A DNA stretch of 50,545 bases from Candidatus Sumerlaeota bacterium (GCA_007133495.1 SLMS01000111.1:1-50545), one strand, 5' to 3'; positions 28,062-36,953 are shown, numbered from the stretch's first letter. Notes: generated by a model from the sequence alone, not told the origin. A program made the numbers and translations.

Positions 28062-28742
28062 ATGGAATGGCAATGGGACTGGGCACTTGTTGGGCATATT
28101 CTGCCGGAGCTGGCCCGCGCCTTCCGCGTGACCATCGCCGCCACCGTGTTCGGGTTCTCCCTGGCACTGGTCGGTGGATTGCTTCTGACCATTCTCCGGC
28201 GTTCGCGTTGGAAAATCATAAGCTGGCCCGCGCACTTCACCGTGGAGTTCATCCGCAGCACGCCCCTGCTTGTGCAACTCTTCTTCATCTATTTTGTCCT
28301 CCCCATCCAGTTGCCCGACTTCGGCGGGATGTTCACCTCCGCTTTCGTCACCGGTGTCTTGGCGCTGGGGCTCCACTACAGCTCCTATACCTCGGAGGTG
28401 TACCGCGCCGGTATAGACGGCGTGCCGAAAGGACAGTGGGAAGCGGCCGCCGCCCTCAACATGTCGCGTGGGAGGACGTGGACCAGCGTTGTCCTGCCAC
28501 AAGCGATCCCGCCGGTGCTCCCCGCGCTGGGCAATTACCTGATCGCCATGTTCAAGGACACGCCGCTGCTGTACGCCATCAGCGTTGCCGAAGTCCTCAC
28601 CGCGGCCTACCAGATCGGCTCGCAACGCTTCCAGTACGTCGAGGCTTTCACGATCGTGGGGGCGCTCTTCCTGATCGTCAGCCTCATTTCCGCCTGGTTG
28701 ATCCGCCGGATGGAGCGCTGGACGGCGCTTCCGGCACAATAG
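28062..28742 (+). CDS. ehuD: Ectoine/hydroxyectoine ABC transporter permease
   Basis: W.WDW N-terminus, EFIRSTPLLVQL, LGLHYSSYTSEVYRAGI, GNYLIAMFKDTP. Confidence 0.88.
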   Translation: MEWQWDWALVGHILPELARAFRVTIAATVFGFSLALVGGLLLTILRRSRWKIISWPAHFTVEFIRSTPLLVQLFFIYFVLPIQLPDFGGMFTSAFVTGVLALGLHYSSYTSEVYRAGIDGVPKGQWEAAAALNMSRGRTWTSVVLPQAIPPVLPALGNYLIAMFKDTPLLYAISVAEVLTAAYQIGSQRFQYVEAFTIVGALFLIVSLISAWLIRRMERWTALPAQ

Positions 28743-28758
28743 GAGACAGGTTCCCGCC

Positions 28759-29553
28759 ATGAGCGACAGCACAGAAAAACCTCCGATCATACGATTCCAA
28801 GGGCTAGAAAAAGCCTTCGGTGATCTCAAGGTACTCCAGGGTATAGACATCGACATACCCGAGGGGCAGTGCGTCAGCATCATCGGCCCGAGCGGTTCAG
28901 GCAAATCGACGCTTCTGCGCGTGCTCATGACGCTTGAGGAGCCCACCGGCGGCCGGGTCGAGGTGGAGGGCGAAAGCCTCTACACGATGAAAAGAAATGG
29001 TGAGGAAGTACCCGCCAGCCGCGCGCACATCAGCCGCATCCGCCGGAAAATATGCATGGTCTTCCAGCACTTCAATCTCTTCCCGCACATGAAGGTGATC
29101 AGAAACGTCACTGAGGCGCCCATACACGTGCTGGGCCTGTCGAAGCGGGAGGCGCGGGAGCGGGCGGAGTCCTATCTCGAAATGGTCGGCCTGTCGGACA
29201 AGTTGAACGCCTACCCGGCGCAGCTCTCTGGCGGACAGAAGCAACGCGTCGCCATTGCCCGTGCGCTGGCCATGCGCCCGAAAATCATGCTGTTCGACGA
29301 AATAACCTCCGCCCTCGACCCTGAGCTGGTTGGCGGCGTTCTCGACCTGCTCCGCGAAATCAAGGAGAGCGGCGACATGACCATGCTCATCGTCACGCAC
29401 GAGATGAAATTTGCCCGGGACAGCTCCGACCGCGTGCTGTTCTTCGATGAGGGGGTTATCCGCGAGGACAGCGATCCGAAACGTATATTCACCAATCCCG
29501 AGCACGACCGCACACGGCAGTTCCTCGACACCATACTTTCCGAGCAGGCCTGA
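28759..29553 (+). CDS. ehuA: Ectoine/hydroxyectoine ABC transporter ATPase
   Basis: GPSGSGKSTLLRVLMTLE, LSGGQKQRVAIARALAMRP, FDEITSALDPELV. Confidence 0.9.
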   Translation: MSDSTEKPPIIRFQGLEKAFGDLKVLQGIDIDIPEGQCVSIIGPSGSGKSTLLRVLMTLEEPTGGRVEVEGESLYTMKRNGEEVPASRAHISRIRRKICMVFQHFNLFPHMKVIRNVTEAPIHVLGLSKREARERAESYLEMVGLSDKLNAYPAQLSGGQKQRVAIARALAMRPKIMLFDEITSALDPELVGGVLDLLREIKESGDMTMLIVTHEMKFARDSSDRVLFFDEGVIREDSDPKRIFTNPEHDRTRQFLDTILSEQA

Positions 29554-29566
29554 ACACCCGGCAGCA

Positions 29567-30493
29567 TCAGGACTGTGCCTGCTCCCGGAGTTCCTTCCGC
29601 GCGCTTGGGATGAGCCGGAGGTATTCATCCAGCGGCTCACCTGCCGGACGCTCGGTCATCATTTTGTATATACGTCCAACGGGATAGTAGTCCAGCTCGG
29701 GAAAACGCAACGCCGCCCGGTCCACAGACTCCATTTCCGAAAAATCCCACTCCCCATCGAAGAGGCCACGCCCCACTTCGCCCAGGAACATACCCACCTG
29801 CACAAAGCGGCCTTCCGAAAGAAAGCTCACGTAGTAATGACTGCGCAGGAAACCGTCCACCTCGCGGATGCCGGTCAATGAAAGTGGTGGGCTGATGCCG
29901 TAGCGCCCCCTCCAGAACTCGCGAAACTCGCCGATGACACCCGCTACCGCCTGCGTTGCCTCCTCACCGGTCCTGCCGCGCAGCCGCTCCACGTATTCCT
30001 GCGTGGACGGCGCGGGGGCCTCGCTGATGCGCTGCTCGGCCTCAATCCGCGGAGAAAGCGACCCGTAGAACGCCGCAAGGGTAAAGCTCTTACCCGAGGC
30101 CCATTTCCGTTCCACCACGGCCATCGGGTGGAAGCGGCCCTCGGCGATGCCGCCAATGCCGGCAAGGTGCGGCCCGTATAGACGCGAGTCCGTCCACTCG
30201 CCGCCGTGGCGCCTGCGGAACTCCTCGCCCAGCAGGCACGCCGCGTCCGCCGCAAAGCTCTCGTCCAGTTCCGCATCGCGGCCCTTTTGATCCCGCAAAA
30301 GGGCAAACGCCTCGTCCGTCTTTTCGAGCACGAGTGAACGCGAGGCGGACGCGCCGGGGAAGCGGCCGTCAAGCCACTCCTCGAAGGCACCCGCGCCCGC
30401 CTGCGCCGCACCGGCGACTGAATCCGTCCCCTTGCCTCCGCCGGATTCCGTCCGGTCTTTGCCACCGATCCAGCGTTTCAGTCTGTCAAGCAT
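29567..30493 (-). CDS. Hypothetical protein with two internal repeats (DUF3806-like)
   Basis: Start moved to ATG 30493 (MLDRLKRWIGG) because the longer ORF overlaps the Rieske gene. Repeats are LLGEEFRRRHGGEW..FHPMAVVERK and FLGEVGRGLFDGEW..YYPVGRIYK. Confidence 0.7.
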   Translation of the reverse strand: MLDRLKRWIGGKDRTESGGGKGTDSVAGAAQAGAGAFEEWLDGRFPGASASRSLVLEKTDEAFALLRDQKGRDAELDESFAADAACLLGEEFRRRHGGEWTDSRLYGPHLAGIGGIAEGRFHPMAVVERKWASGKSFTLAAFYGSLSPRIEAEQRISEAPAPSTQEYVERLRGRTGEEATQAVAGVIGEFREFWRGRYGISPPLSLTGIREVDGFLRSHYYVSFLSEGRFVQVGMFLGEVGRGLFDGEWDFSEMESVDRAALRFPELDYYPVGRIYKMMTERPAGEPLDEYLRLIPSARKELREQAQS

Positions 30494-30528
30494 TCCGTTG
30501 TCCGTTTCCTGTATGGGTATCCGTAAAT

Positions 30529-30843
30529 CTAGCTTCCAATGCTCACAATGACGCGCCCGCCCTCGCGCCGGACCGGGTAGGTGAGCACTTGTCCGGGGTG
30601 CGTGGGAGACTTGCCCGTCCGTATATCGAAACGCCACCCATGCCAGGGACACGTCACGATTCCTTCCTCGTCCAGATCGCCGCTGTCCAGCGGCCCACGC
30701 CGGTGCGGGCAGACCGCGTCTATCGCAAACACCTCGTCCCCCATGCGGAAAAGAGCAATCTCCCGCCCCCCCAGCACTTTCCGGATGGCCACGCTCTTCG
30801 GGATTTCGTCAAGGTCAACCGTCAGTTCGGCCGGCATGTTCAT
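30529..30843 (-). CDS. Rieske [2Fe-2S] ferredoxin
   Basis: CPHRRGPL and CPWHGWRFD ligand boxes. Start ATG 30843 overlaps the upstream stop (ATGA). Confidence 0.92.
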   Translation of the reverse strand: MNMPAELTVDLDEIPKSVAIRKVLGGREIALFRMGDEVFAIDAVCPHRRGPLDSGDLDEEGIVTCPWHGWRFDIRTGKSPTHPGQVLTYPVRREGGRVIVSIGS

Positions 30844-31769
30844 TGTCCTCTTTTTTTTCTCCAGGATGACAGCCACTCGAACAGGTCGAACGGCTCGGGT
30901 TTCCTGCCAACAAAAAGACAATCCGCAGAAGGACGGCGCTCACGCAGGGCTTGCCGCACCTTGCCAAACAAACCGGACGGTTTGCCGCCGGCATCGCCCG
31001 GGAAGAGGCACTCCATTTCCAGGCCTCCCTCGGCGAAAATTCCGCGATAATCCGCTACGGAAAGCCGGCGCCCCGCCGGCACCGGCTTGCCAGTTGGTTC
31101 GAGTATATCGAGGCAAACACCGTCCGGCTTCAGAATGCGCCCGACCTCCCGCATCATGCGCTCGGGCCGCCGCTGCGCGGAAACACCGCCGGCCACGACG
31201 ACGGCATCGACAGATTCCTCCGCAAGCGGGATACGGCACACGTCCCCTTGCAGCAGGTCCACCTCCACACCTGCCTGCTGGGCGCGCTCCCCCGCCGTGC
31301 GCAGGCCACCCTCGCCCGCCACGATATCCAGCAGCGCCACCTTTGCCCCGCGCCGGGCAACGTCCAGCCCGAACCAACCCGTTCCGGCGCAAAGCTCCAC
31401 CACCACCTTGTTCCGCCAGCGGAAGCGCTCCCCCGCCACGTGCTCCCAGATGCGGGGATGGCTCGCCGCGGGGTCGTCCAGGGGACGGTTCGCCGCACGC
31501 GCCTCCCCGGCCAGCCAGCGAGTCTCCTCCTCGTCCAGTTGATACGGATCGGCAGACGGGAGCAGTGGCAGCACACCGTCCTCCATTGTATAGACACGCG
31601 AGCAGGCCGGGCAGCGGAAAAGCCCCTCCTCGCTGCGGTACTCCAGCGGGGCGTCGTCGTCCGGGCAGGCCAGCAGCGGCCGGAAATCCTCGCTGATGGA
31701 CCGGGCACCCTCGCCCATCAGCTCTTTCCAGAACGACGCGCCGAGGGGTTTCTTGCCGGGTGGGGTCAT
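30840..31769 (-). CDS. Trm112-like domain fused to a class I SAM-dependent methyltransferase
   Basis: LLACPDDDAPL...CPACSRVYTMEDGVLPLL, then VVELCAGTGW, GDVCRIPL.EESVD, EVGRILKPDG. Confidence 0.82.
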   Translation of the reverse strand: MTPPGKKPLGASFWKELMGEGARSISEDFRPLLACPDDDAPLEYRSEEGLFRCPACSRVYTMEDGVLPLLPSADPYQLDEEETRWLAGEARAANRPLDDPAASHPRIWEHVAGERFRWRNKVVVELCAGTGWFGLDVARRGAKVALLDIVAGEGGLRTAGERAQQAGVEVDLLQGDVCRIPLAEESVDAVVVAGGVSAQRRPERMMREVGRILKPDGVCLDILEPTGKPVPAGRRLSVADYRGIFAEGGLEMECLFPGDAGGKPSGLFGKVRQALRERRPSADCLFVGRKPEPFDLFEWLSSWRKKRGQ

Positions 31770-31783
31770 GGCGGTAAGTGGGT

Positions 31784-31994
31784 CTATTGGTTTTCGCGGT
31801 GTTCCTCGAGCCAGGCCATCTGAATGGCTTCGAGTTTGCCTTCGGTTGATTCCTCGCGTTTGCGTGTGAAGCCCTCTATCTCCAGAACTCAGCCGAGGAG
31901 GCCGGTAAACCGTACCTGCAAGGGGGTGCTTGTCCGGAATGCGCTCGAAGAGCGCGATTCCGATTTCGTTCAGGTCGCTCCAGCCTGTCTACAT
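31784..31994 (-). pseudogene. iscX: Fe-S assembly protein IscX pseudogene
   Basis: GAGGAG-N5-ATG, then M*TGWSDLNEIGIALFERIPDKHP / +1 frameshift in a C5 run / LQVRFTGLLG*VLEIEGFTRKREESTEGKLEAIQMAWLEEHRENQ*. This matches the IscX pattern W.D..EI..AL....PD..P..VRFT.L..W...L..F......E..LEAI...W.EE. Length is 211 nt (70 codons + 1). Confidence 0.85.
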
Positions 31995-32023
31995 GGCAAC
32001 TCCTCGTAATTATGGGCATCTGT

Positions 32024-32201
32024 TTACAGTTCGCGCGGCGGCCAGTTGAGGAGTTTAACCTTCACGTCGCCGAAAGCCCGCGCCTGGCAGCCCAGCCGGC
32101 TGTGCAATGTCGTGACTGACGACCAGCTTGTCCGTTGTGTCGAGTTCGTCGTCGCCGGCCTCCATGGCCTTGTTCAGCGGCATGAAAGTAACTGTGGGCA
32201 T
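32024..32201 (-). pseudogene. fdx: ISC-type [2Fe-2S] ferredoxin pseudogene (internal deletion plus frameshift)
   Basis: SD GAGGGAG, then MPTVTFMPLNKAMEAGDDELDTTDKLV; in another frame VTTLHSRLGCQARAFGDVKVKLLNWPPREL*. SRLGCQ is the fourth-Cys motif; the C-x5-C-x2-C segment is absent. Lies directly upstream of iscX, as in isc operons. Confidence 0.78.
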
Positions 32202-32371
32202 TTGGTCTCCCTCTTCTGAAGCTGGCACCACGAAATCGAGCGGATCCCCTGAGAGCAGAGCCGCCTTTCGCGGGCAAGTGACGAAACCACCCAGTCCGCC
32301 GAGACCTCCGGAGGGAGCAAGAGCTTCGCCAAGGTGAGGAAGAGGTGGGATGCTGCCGTACCGCGAGGCCG

Positions 32372-33694
32372 TCAGGACGGCTTTCTCGGATCGCCCTCGG
32401 TCTGCCGGGTCACCACGGGCTTGACCTTTCGGACCTCTCCGCCGCTGGCACTGCGCGCCTCGATCGGGAACTCCACCGTGCTGTCGGGCAACACCATGCG
32501 GATGCGGAAGGTCCCGTCGGGAGTAAGGCGGACTTGCTGGCCCATGAAGCTCACGTGCGCGTCCGGCTCCGTGGCGCCATAGACGATCACGTCCACACCC
32601 ACTTCGAGCCAGAAATCGCGTCCGGGGGCGGCTGCCCTGCTGCGTAGCGTTTCTTCGCCCGCGCCGCCGGTCAGCATCCCGCTGCTCAGTTCCTCGTGAA
32701 ACACGCCAGAGAACTCCCCGCTCGCCCCGCCGAGCAGCCCGCTGGAGATGCCGTACATTTGTCCGCTGAACAACCCGGCGCTCCCGAAGGGGCCTTCCTC
32801 GAGCGCCTGGCTCACCCGTTGTTGGAGCGACCGCAGGAACTCGTCGCTCCCCAGCCGCTCCCCAATCCGCACGCCGCCGGAGAGGTGGACGATTTGCTGG
32901 TACACCTCGTCGTCGATCTCGGCGAACTGTACGTCTGTTTCCTCGGAGATGCCGCGCCGCGGGATGTGCAAGGTATTGGAGGTGGCAATGGAGCGGAAAT
33001 GATCGTCTTCCACCACGCCGAGTTGCACGGCGTAGGAAGTCCCCGCCTTCGGCACACGGATGTACCAGGAGGAGGTGTAGTCGTTGATCGAAACGTCGAA
33101 AAACTCGGCGCCCTGCCCCGGCTGACCCATGGCGAGGTCGTACACCCGGAGCAGCAGGTGCTTGTCGTGCTGGCCGCGCGGGAGGCCGAAGTCCTTGCGG
33201 GTTTCGGGGCTCATCTCCCAGTAGGCGAAAATCCATTCGGGGTCGCGGGTGAGAAGGACGACCTTCGTTTCGCCGTATTCAAGAGGCAGCTCCCGCGGGT
33301 CTTCCTCCAGCCGGCGAAGTTCCTCGCGTGCGCCCGGTTCAATGGACCCGGGGTTTGATTGCACGTTGTGTGCAACTGGCCGTTCGGCGGATTGCACAGG
33401 TGTGGCCGGGGAGACCGCCTGGGTCGCGGTGGTGGCCGGTGACTTCTTGCGTGAGCCCTGTTTTCCCGCGGAGGTCTTTGTGGTCTTTGCGGAGCTGGCG
33501 GCCTTCTTCTTCGGCGCCGCTGTGCTCTTCTTCCCCGCAACCGGTGTTGGAGCGTTTTTCCGGGTCGTCTTCTTCGGAGCCGGGCTCCCGGACTTGCTCT
33601 TTCGCGCGGATTTCGGGGCGGAGGAGGCCTGCTTCTTCCCCGGCGTTGGTTTCTTGTCGGTTTGCCTGCTCTTGCTGGACTTTTCCTTCGCCAT
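32372..33694 (-). CDS. DUF4912-domain protein with a Lys-rich N-terminal tail
   Basis: ELPLEYGETKVVLLTRDPEWIFAYWE, LLLRVYD, SSWYI, SNT..PR, and C-terminal DFWLEV..DVIVYGATEPDA.V..PDGTF. Confidence 0.85.
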   Translation of the reverse strand: MAKEKSSKSRQTDKKPTPGKKQASSAPKSARKSKSGSPAPKKTTRKNAPTPVAGKKSTAAPKKKAASSAKTTKTSAGKQGSRKKSPATTATQAVSPATPVQSAERPVAHNVQSNPGSIEPGAREELRRLEEDPRELPLEYGETKVVLLTRDPEWIFAYWEMSPETRKDFGLPRGQHDKHLLLRVYDLAMGQPGQGAEFFDVSINDYTSSWYIRVPKAGTSYAVQLGVVEDDHFRSIATSNTLHIPRRGISEETDVQFAEIDDEVYQQIVHLSGGVRIGERLGSDEFLRSLQQRVSQALEEGPFGSAGLFSGQMYGISSGLLGGASGEFSGVFHEELSSGMLTGGAGEETLRSRAAAPGRDFWLEVGVDVIVYGATEPDAHVSFMGQQVRLTPDGTFRIRMVLPDSTVEFPIEARSASGGEVRKVKPVVTRQTEGDPRKPS

Positions 33695-34039
33695 GACGCG
33701 CGCGACTGCTCCCTGCTTCGGTTGGTTGGTTATTCGAGCGGGAAACCAAGACCGCCTCCCAGCCGGAACGCGGCCGGTCTCCCCACTCTCCGTCTCTAAC
33801 CCTGACTCTCCGGCGGCTCAAAATGCGAGGGCTATTTCCAGGCAAGCCCACGCAAACGGCATCGACATGCGTGCCACCGGCAGACTGCAATCGATTTATA
33901 CTTGGACTAAAGGGCTTATTCCGATTTCGGCACTATCGGCGGAGGACGCGGCACGATTGTGTGGGAAGGCCGGAAACCCCTTCAGTTCGCGGCCAAGTGT
34001 TCTCCAGTGGCGCTGGGCGGGCGCTCCGGGTACTGCGCG

Positions 34040-36166
34040 TTACTTCGCCGGTGGCTCCTCCAGCGGTTCTCTTGGCTCCCTGGGCTCTCTGGGCTCCCTT
34101 TGCCGGCGGCGCGGTTCGGTGCGCTCGAGGAGCATTTCGCTCACGTCAGCCCGCAGGCGCGCCCGCGCGTCGCGCCGGAAGTCCTCCACGTAGCCCTGGC
34201 GCTTGGCGTTGAGCAGGTCGCGCTCGAGTTCGCGCAGGTCCGCCATAAACTCGGTGACCTCCGGCTCCTCGACGTTACGGATGTGCGCCACGAGGACTTC
34301 GGAGACGAAGTCGCCGACGCCGCCGCGCGAGATGACCACGTCGCCCTGGCGCACCCGAAGCAGGTCCTGATCGAGCGAGGTGAAGGCGGTGAGTATTTCC
34401 GGAATCTCCTCGCGGGGGCTGTCCTCGATGTGGTCCACGTCGAGTTCCAGCTCCTCGGCCATGGCGGCGAAGTCTTCCCCGTCCTCCACGCGCTCGCGGA
34501 TGGACTCTGCCCTGGCGAGGACCGCGTCGCGGGCCTGCTCGCGCCGCACCGTGTCTTCGACTGTGGTGCGCACCTCGTCGAGGTCGCGAACGCGCTCGGG
34601 ATTGATCTGCGCGAGCCGGATGACCACCGGCCGGCCGTCATTTGTCTCCAGCAGCCCCGTCTGGTCACCCTCCCGCAGGAGCAGGCGCAACGCCTCGCGT
34701 TCGTTGGAGAGGTTGCCGATCCCGGGGATGAATGTCTGGTCCGGGGTGACCGGCTCGGCCGTGCGTACCTCTGTGTCCATTTCGCCAGCGATGCCCTGAA
34801 GCGTGGCTTGCACGGCTGCCGCTTCGACCATGCGGCCGCGCCCCTCCAGGAGCTTCTCTTCGCGCTCCTGCTGGGCTGCCTCACGCCGCTCCGCCATGAT
34901 GCGGTTGCGGAGGACCGAGCGCACCTCGTCGAAGGGCCGCTTCCCTTCCTCGGTGCGCGAGACGACCTTGGCCACGGAGAAGCCCTGTGGCGTTTCGATC
35001 ACAGGCGAGACAACGCCCTCGTCTGCCTCGTTGATGAACCGTACCCATTCCTCGCCCCAGGCGTCTATCTCGTCGCCCTGAAGGCGGTAAGGCAGCAATC
35101 CCCCGCGCAGACGGGGTTCGGGGTCCACGTCCTCCTGGATGTCGATGCCGTCGAAGTCGAGGTTACGCATGTCGTCGGAGACTTCGTTGGCGACCTCGGC
35201 GAAATCCTCGCCCTCCTCGACTATACGTTCGCGCGCCTGCGCGGCCTGCTCGCGGGCTTCCTCACGTTCCTCTTCCTCCGCGGCCGGGCCTATGGAGATC
35301 AGCAGATGGCGCACCTCGATGCCGCCTTCGGCGTATAGCTCCTGGTCGTCCGCGGGGGCCTCTTCCCACGCTTCGCGGAGTTCCTCCTCGGTGGGCTGCT
35401 CGGGCGTGGCGGGTGGCACTTCCACCGTCACGTAGTCATAGACATACTTCTCGCGCTCGATGACTTCCGAACTGCGCTCCTCGACCATCTCCTCATACCG
35501 GGCGAGGAGGACCTCCTCGTCCAGCTCTGCCTCCTCGTCCACGCGGACGGGAAGCCGGACGTAGTCGAAGGTCAGCCGCTCGTGCGAAAGCAGGTACTCC
35601 TGCCAAAGTTCCAACAGGGAGGTGCGGGCCACTCGGCTGACCGATTGCGCGGCCATGTCGGTGCGGAGCTGACCGCGGAGCATCGAGGCGTACTCGTGCT
35701 CGGTCATGCGGTTGGCCTGAAGGATGTTCTGGAGCTGCTGGCGCGTGATGCCCGCATCGCGAAGGAATTGGCGGACCTGCTCATCGGTCACGCGGATGCC
35801 CTGCCGTTCCAAGCGGTTCTGGAGCGCCACCTGCGCCACGGCGAAGTCAACCGTGTCGGGGTGACGGATCGCGCCGAATATCTGGCTCTGTATCTGGCGG
35901 AGTTGGAAGGAAGGGATGCCCGTGTAGGACGCATAAACGTTGGTGTAGTAGGATGCGGCCTCGTGCCGGGCGTTTTCCAGTTCCCGCGGGCCAAACTCGA
36001 CGCGGCCGCGGTCGGTGTGCACGGTCAGCAGCGCTCCACGCTGTACTTGGGGGGTTCCCCCCATGTCGCCAAAGCCGTAGAAGAGCACAAAGGCCGGGAT
36101 CGTCAGCCCAAGGACAACCCAAAGGCCCCATTTCATCCAGTAGGGGTTTCTCAACTTCTGAATCAT
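34040..36166 (-). CDS. PpiD/SurA-like membrane-anchored periplasmic chaperone with a parvulin (PpiC) domain
   Basis: MIQKLR plus an N-terminal TM helix, a SurA-N-like region (GIRVTDEQV), and VRHLLI..GEDFAEVANEVSDD..GG.L..VSPVIETPQGF. Confidence 0.85.
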   Translation of the reverse strand: MIQKLRNPYWMKWGLWVVLGLTIPAFVLFYGFGDMGGTPQVQRGALLTVHTDRGRVEFGPRELENARHEAASYYTNVYASYTGIPSFQLRQIQSQIFGAIRHPDTVDFAVAQVALQNRLERQGIRVTDEQVRQFLRDAGITRQQLQNILQANRMTEHEYASMLRGQLRTDMAAQSVSRVARTSLLELWQEYLLSHERLTFDYVRLPVRVDEEAELDEEVLLARYEEMVEERSSEVIEREKYVYDYVTVEVPPATPEQPTEEELREAWEEAPADDQELYAEGGIEVRHLLISIGPAAEEEEREEAREQAAQARERIVEEGEDFAEVANEVSDDMRNLDFDGIDIQEDVDPEPRLRGGLLPYRLQGDEIDAWGEEWVRFINEADEGVVSPVIETPQGFSVAKVVSRTEEGKRPFDEVRSVLRNRIMAERREAAQQEREEKLLEGRGRMVEAAAVQATLQGIAGEMDTEVRTAEPVTPDQTFIPGIGNLSNEREALRLLLREGDQTGLLETNDGRPVVIRLAQINPERVRDLDEVRTTVEDTVRREQARDAVLARAESIRERVEDGEDFAAMAEELELDVDHIEDSPREEIPEILTAFTSLDQDLLRVRQGDVVISRGGVGDFVSEVLVAHIRNVEEPEVTEFMADLRELERDLLNAKRQGYVEDFRRDARARLRADVSEMLLERTEPRRRQREPREPREPREPLEEPPAK
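34065..34100 (-). repeat. Four imperfect 9-bp tandem units encoding (R)EP repeats at the PpiD C-terminus
   Basis: Plus strand reads ggttctctt ggctccctg ggctctctg ggctccctt; the protein reads REPREPREPREP. Confidence 0.7.
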
Positions 36167-36470
36167 AACGTCTTTGGTTCCTCGAAGGTGGAAAAGACCC
36201 TCCTCCCACCCGCCGGGCGGAAGCCGGGTCCCGTATTTCGCGGCAGGTAAACAGCCGCAGGGCCTGCGCCGCCGTCAACGGAGAAGCACCAGCGCGGAGG
36301 CGCGGCGGGCTCCCGGGTCCCGTTTCCTGCCTCCGGAGGCGCCAATAGACCACATCTTTCTGCCCAATTTTGTTGGCGCCAAGGGCATCTTTATTGTTGA
36401 CCCGCCAATCTCCTGCCGTGCCCCTTGTCGCAACCAGCAGGAACCCAACCTCGAAAGCCGGTCCGTCAAC

Positions 36471-36953
36471 ATGCTCTCACTCTCCCAGACCACAGGCTAC
36501 GCCGTTCTTGCGCTTGCCTGTATGGAAGGGCCCAGTGGCTCGCCCATACTGGTGCGTGATGTTGCCAAAGCTGCAAGCATCCCCAAGCCCTACCTGTCCA
36601 AGCTGATCCATGCCTTGGCCCAGCGCGGACTGGTGACGACCAAACGGGGCTACAAGGGCGGGGTGGTGCTCGCACGTGACCCTGAACAGATTTCGCTGCT
36701 CGAGATCGCCGAGGCGGTGGAGGGCAGCGAGTGGCTCGACCGCTGCGTCCTCGGCCTTGAGGAGTGCAGCGACGAGCGCGCCTGCCCCATGCACGAGCAT
36801 TGGAAGCCGACGCGGGCGAGCATCCGCGCCGAGCTGGAGAACATCAACCTGGCCACGGTGGCGGAGTTCGAAATGCGGCGGCAGACGATCCGCCCGCCAT
36901 CGGAGGTCAGCGGCAACAACAAGCCGGGACAGAAGCCCGGCGAAACGGCCTGA
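36471..36953 (+). CDS. Rrf2-family transcriptional regulator with three Cys (probable Fe-S ligands)
   Basis: LSQTTGYAV.AL, IPKPYLSKL..L...GLV.TKRG..GG..LAR.PEQISL.EI, CVLGLEECSDERACPMH. Start moved to ATG 36471. Confidence 0.92.
   Translation: MLSLSQTTGYAVLALACMEGPSGSPILVRDVAKAASIPKPYLSKLIHALAQRGLVTTKRGYKGGVVLARDPEQISLLEIAEAVEGSEWLDRCVLGLEECSDERACPMHEHWKPTRASIRAELENINLATVAEFEMRRQTIRPPSEVSGNNKPGQKPGETA

Noticed and set aside
31784-31994. TGA at the conserved Trp and TAG at codon 2 of iscX as evidence of genetic-code reassignment or Sec/Pyl
   Set aside because: TGA and TAG terminate many intact genes here, Trp is encoded by TGG throughout, and the same ORF also has a frameshift. Pseudogenisation is simpler.
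33695-34039. Possible ncRNA or riboswitch in the larger intergenic gaps (also 12210-12484, 36167-36470, 39617-39867, 50160-50321)
   Set aside because: I could not recognise a tRNA cloverleaf or riboswitch consensus by eye; an Infernal/Rfam scan would be needed to exclude one.
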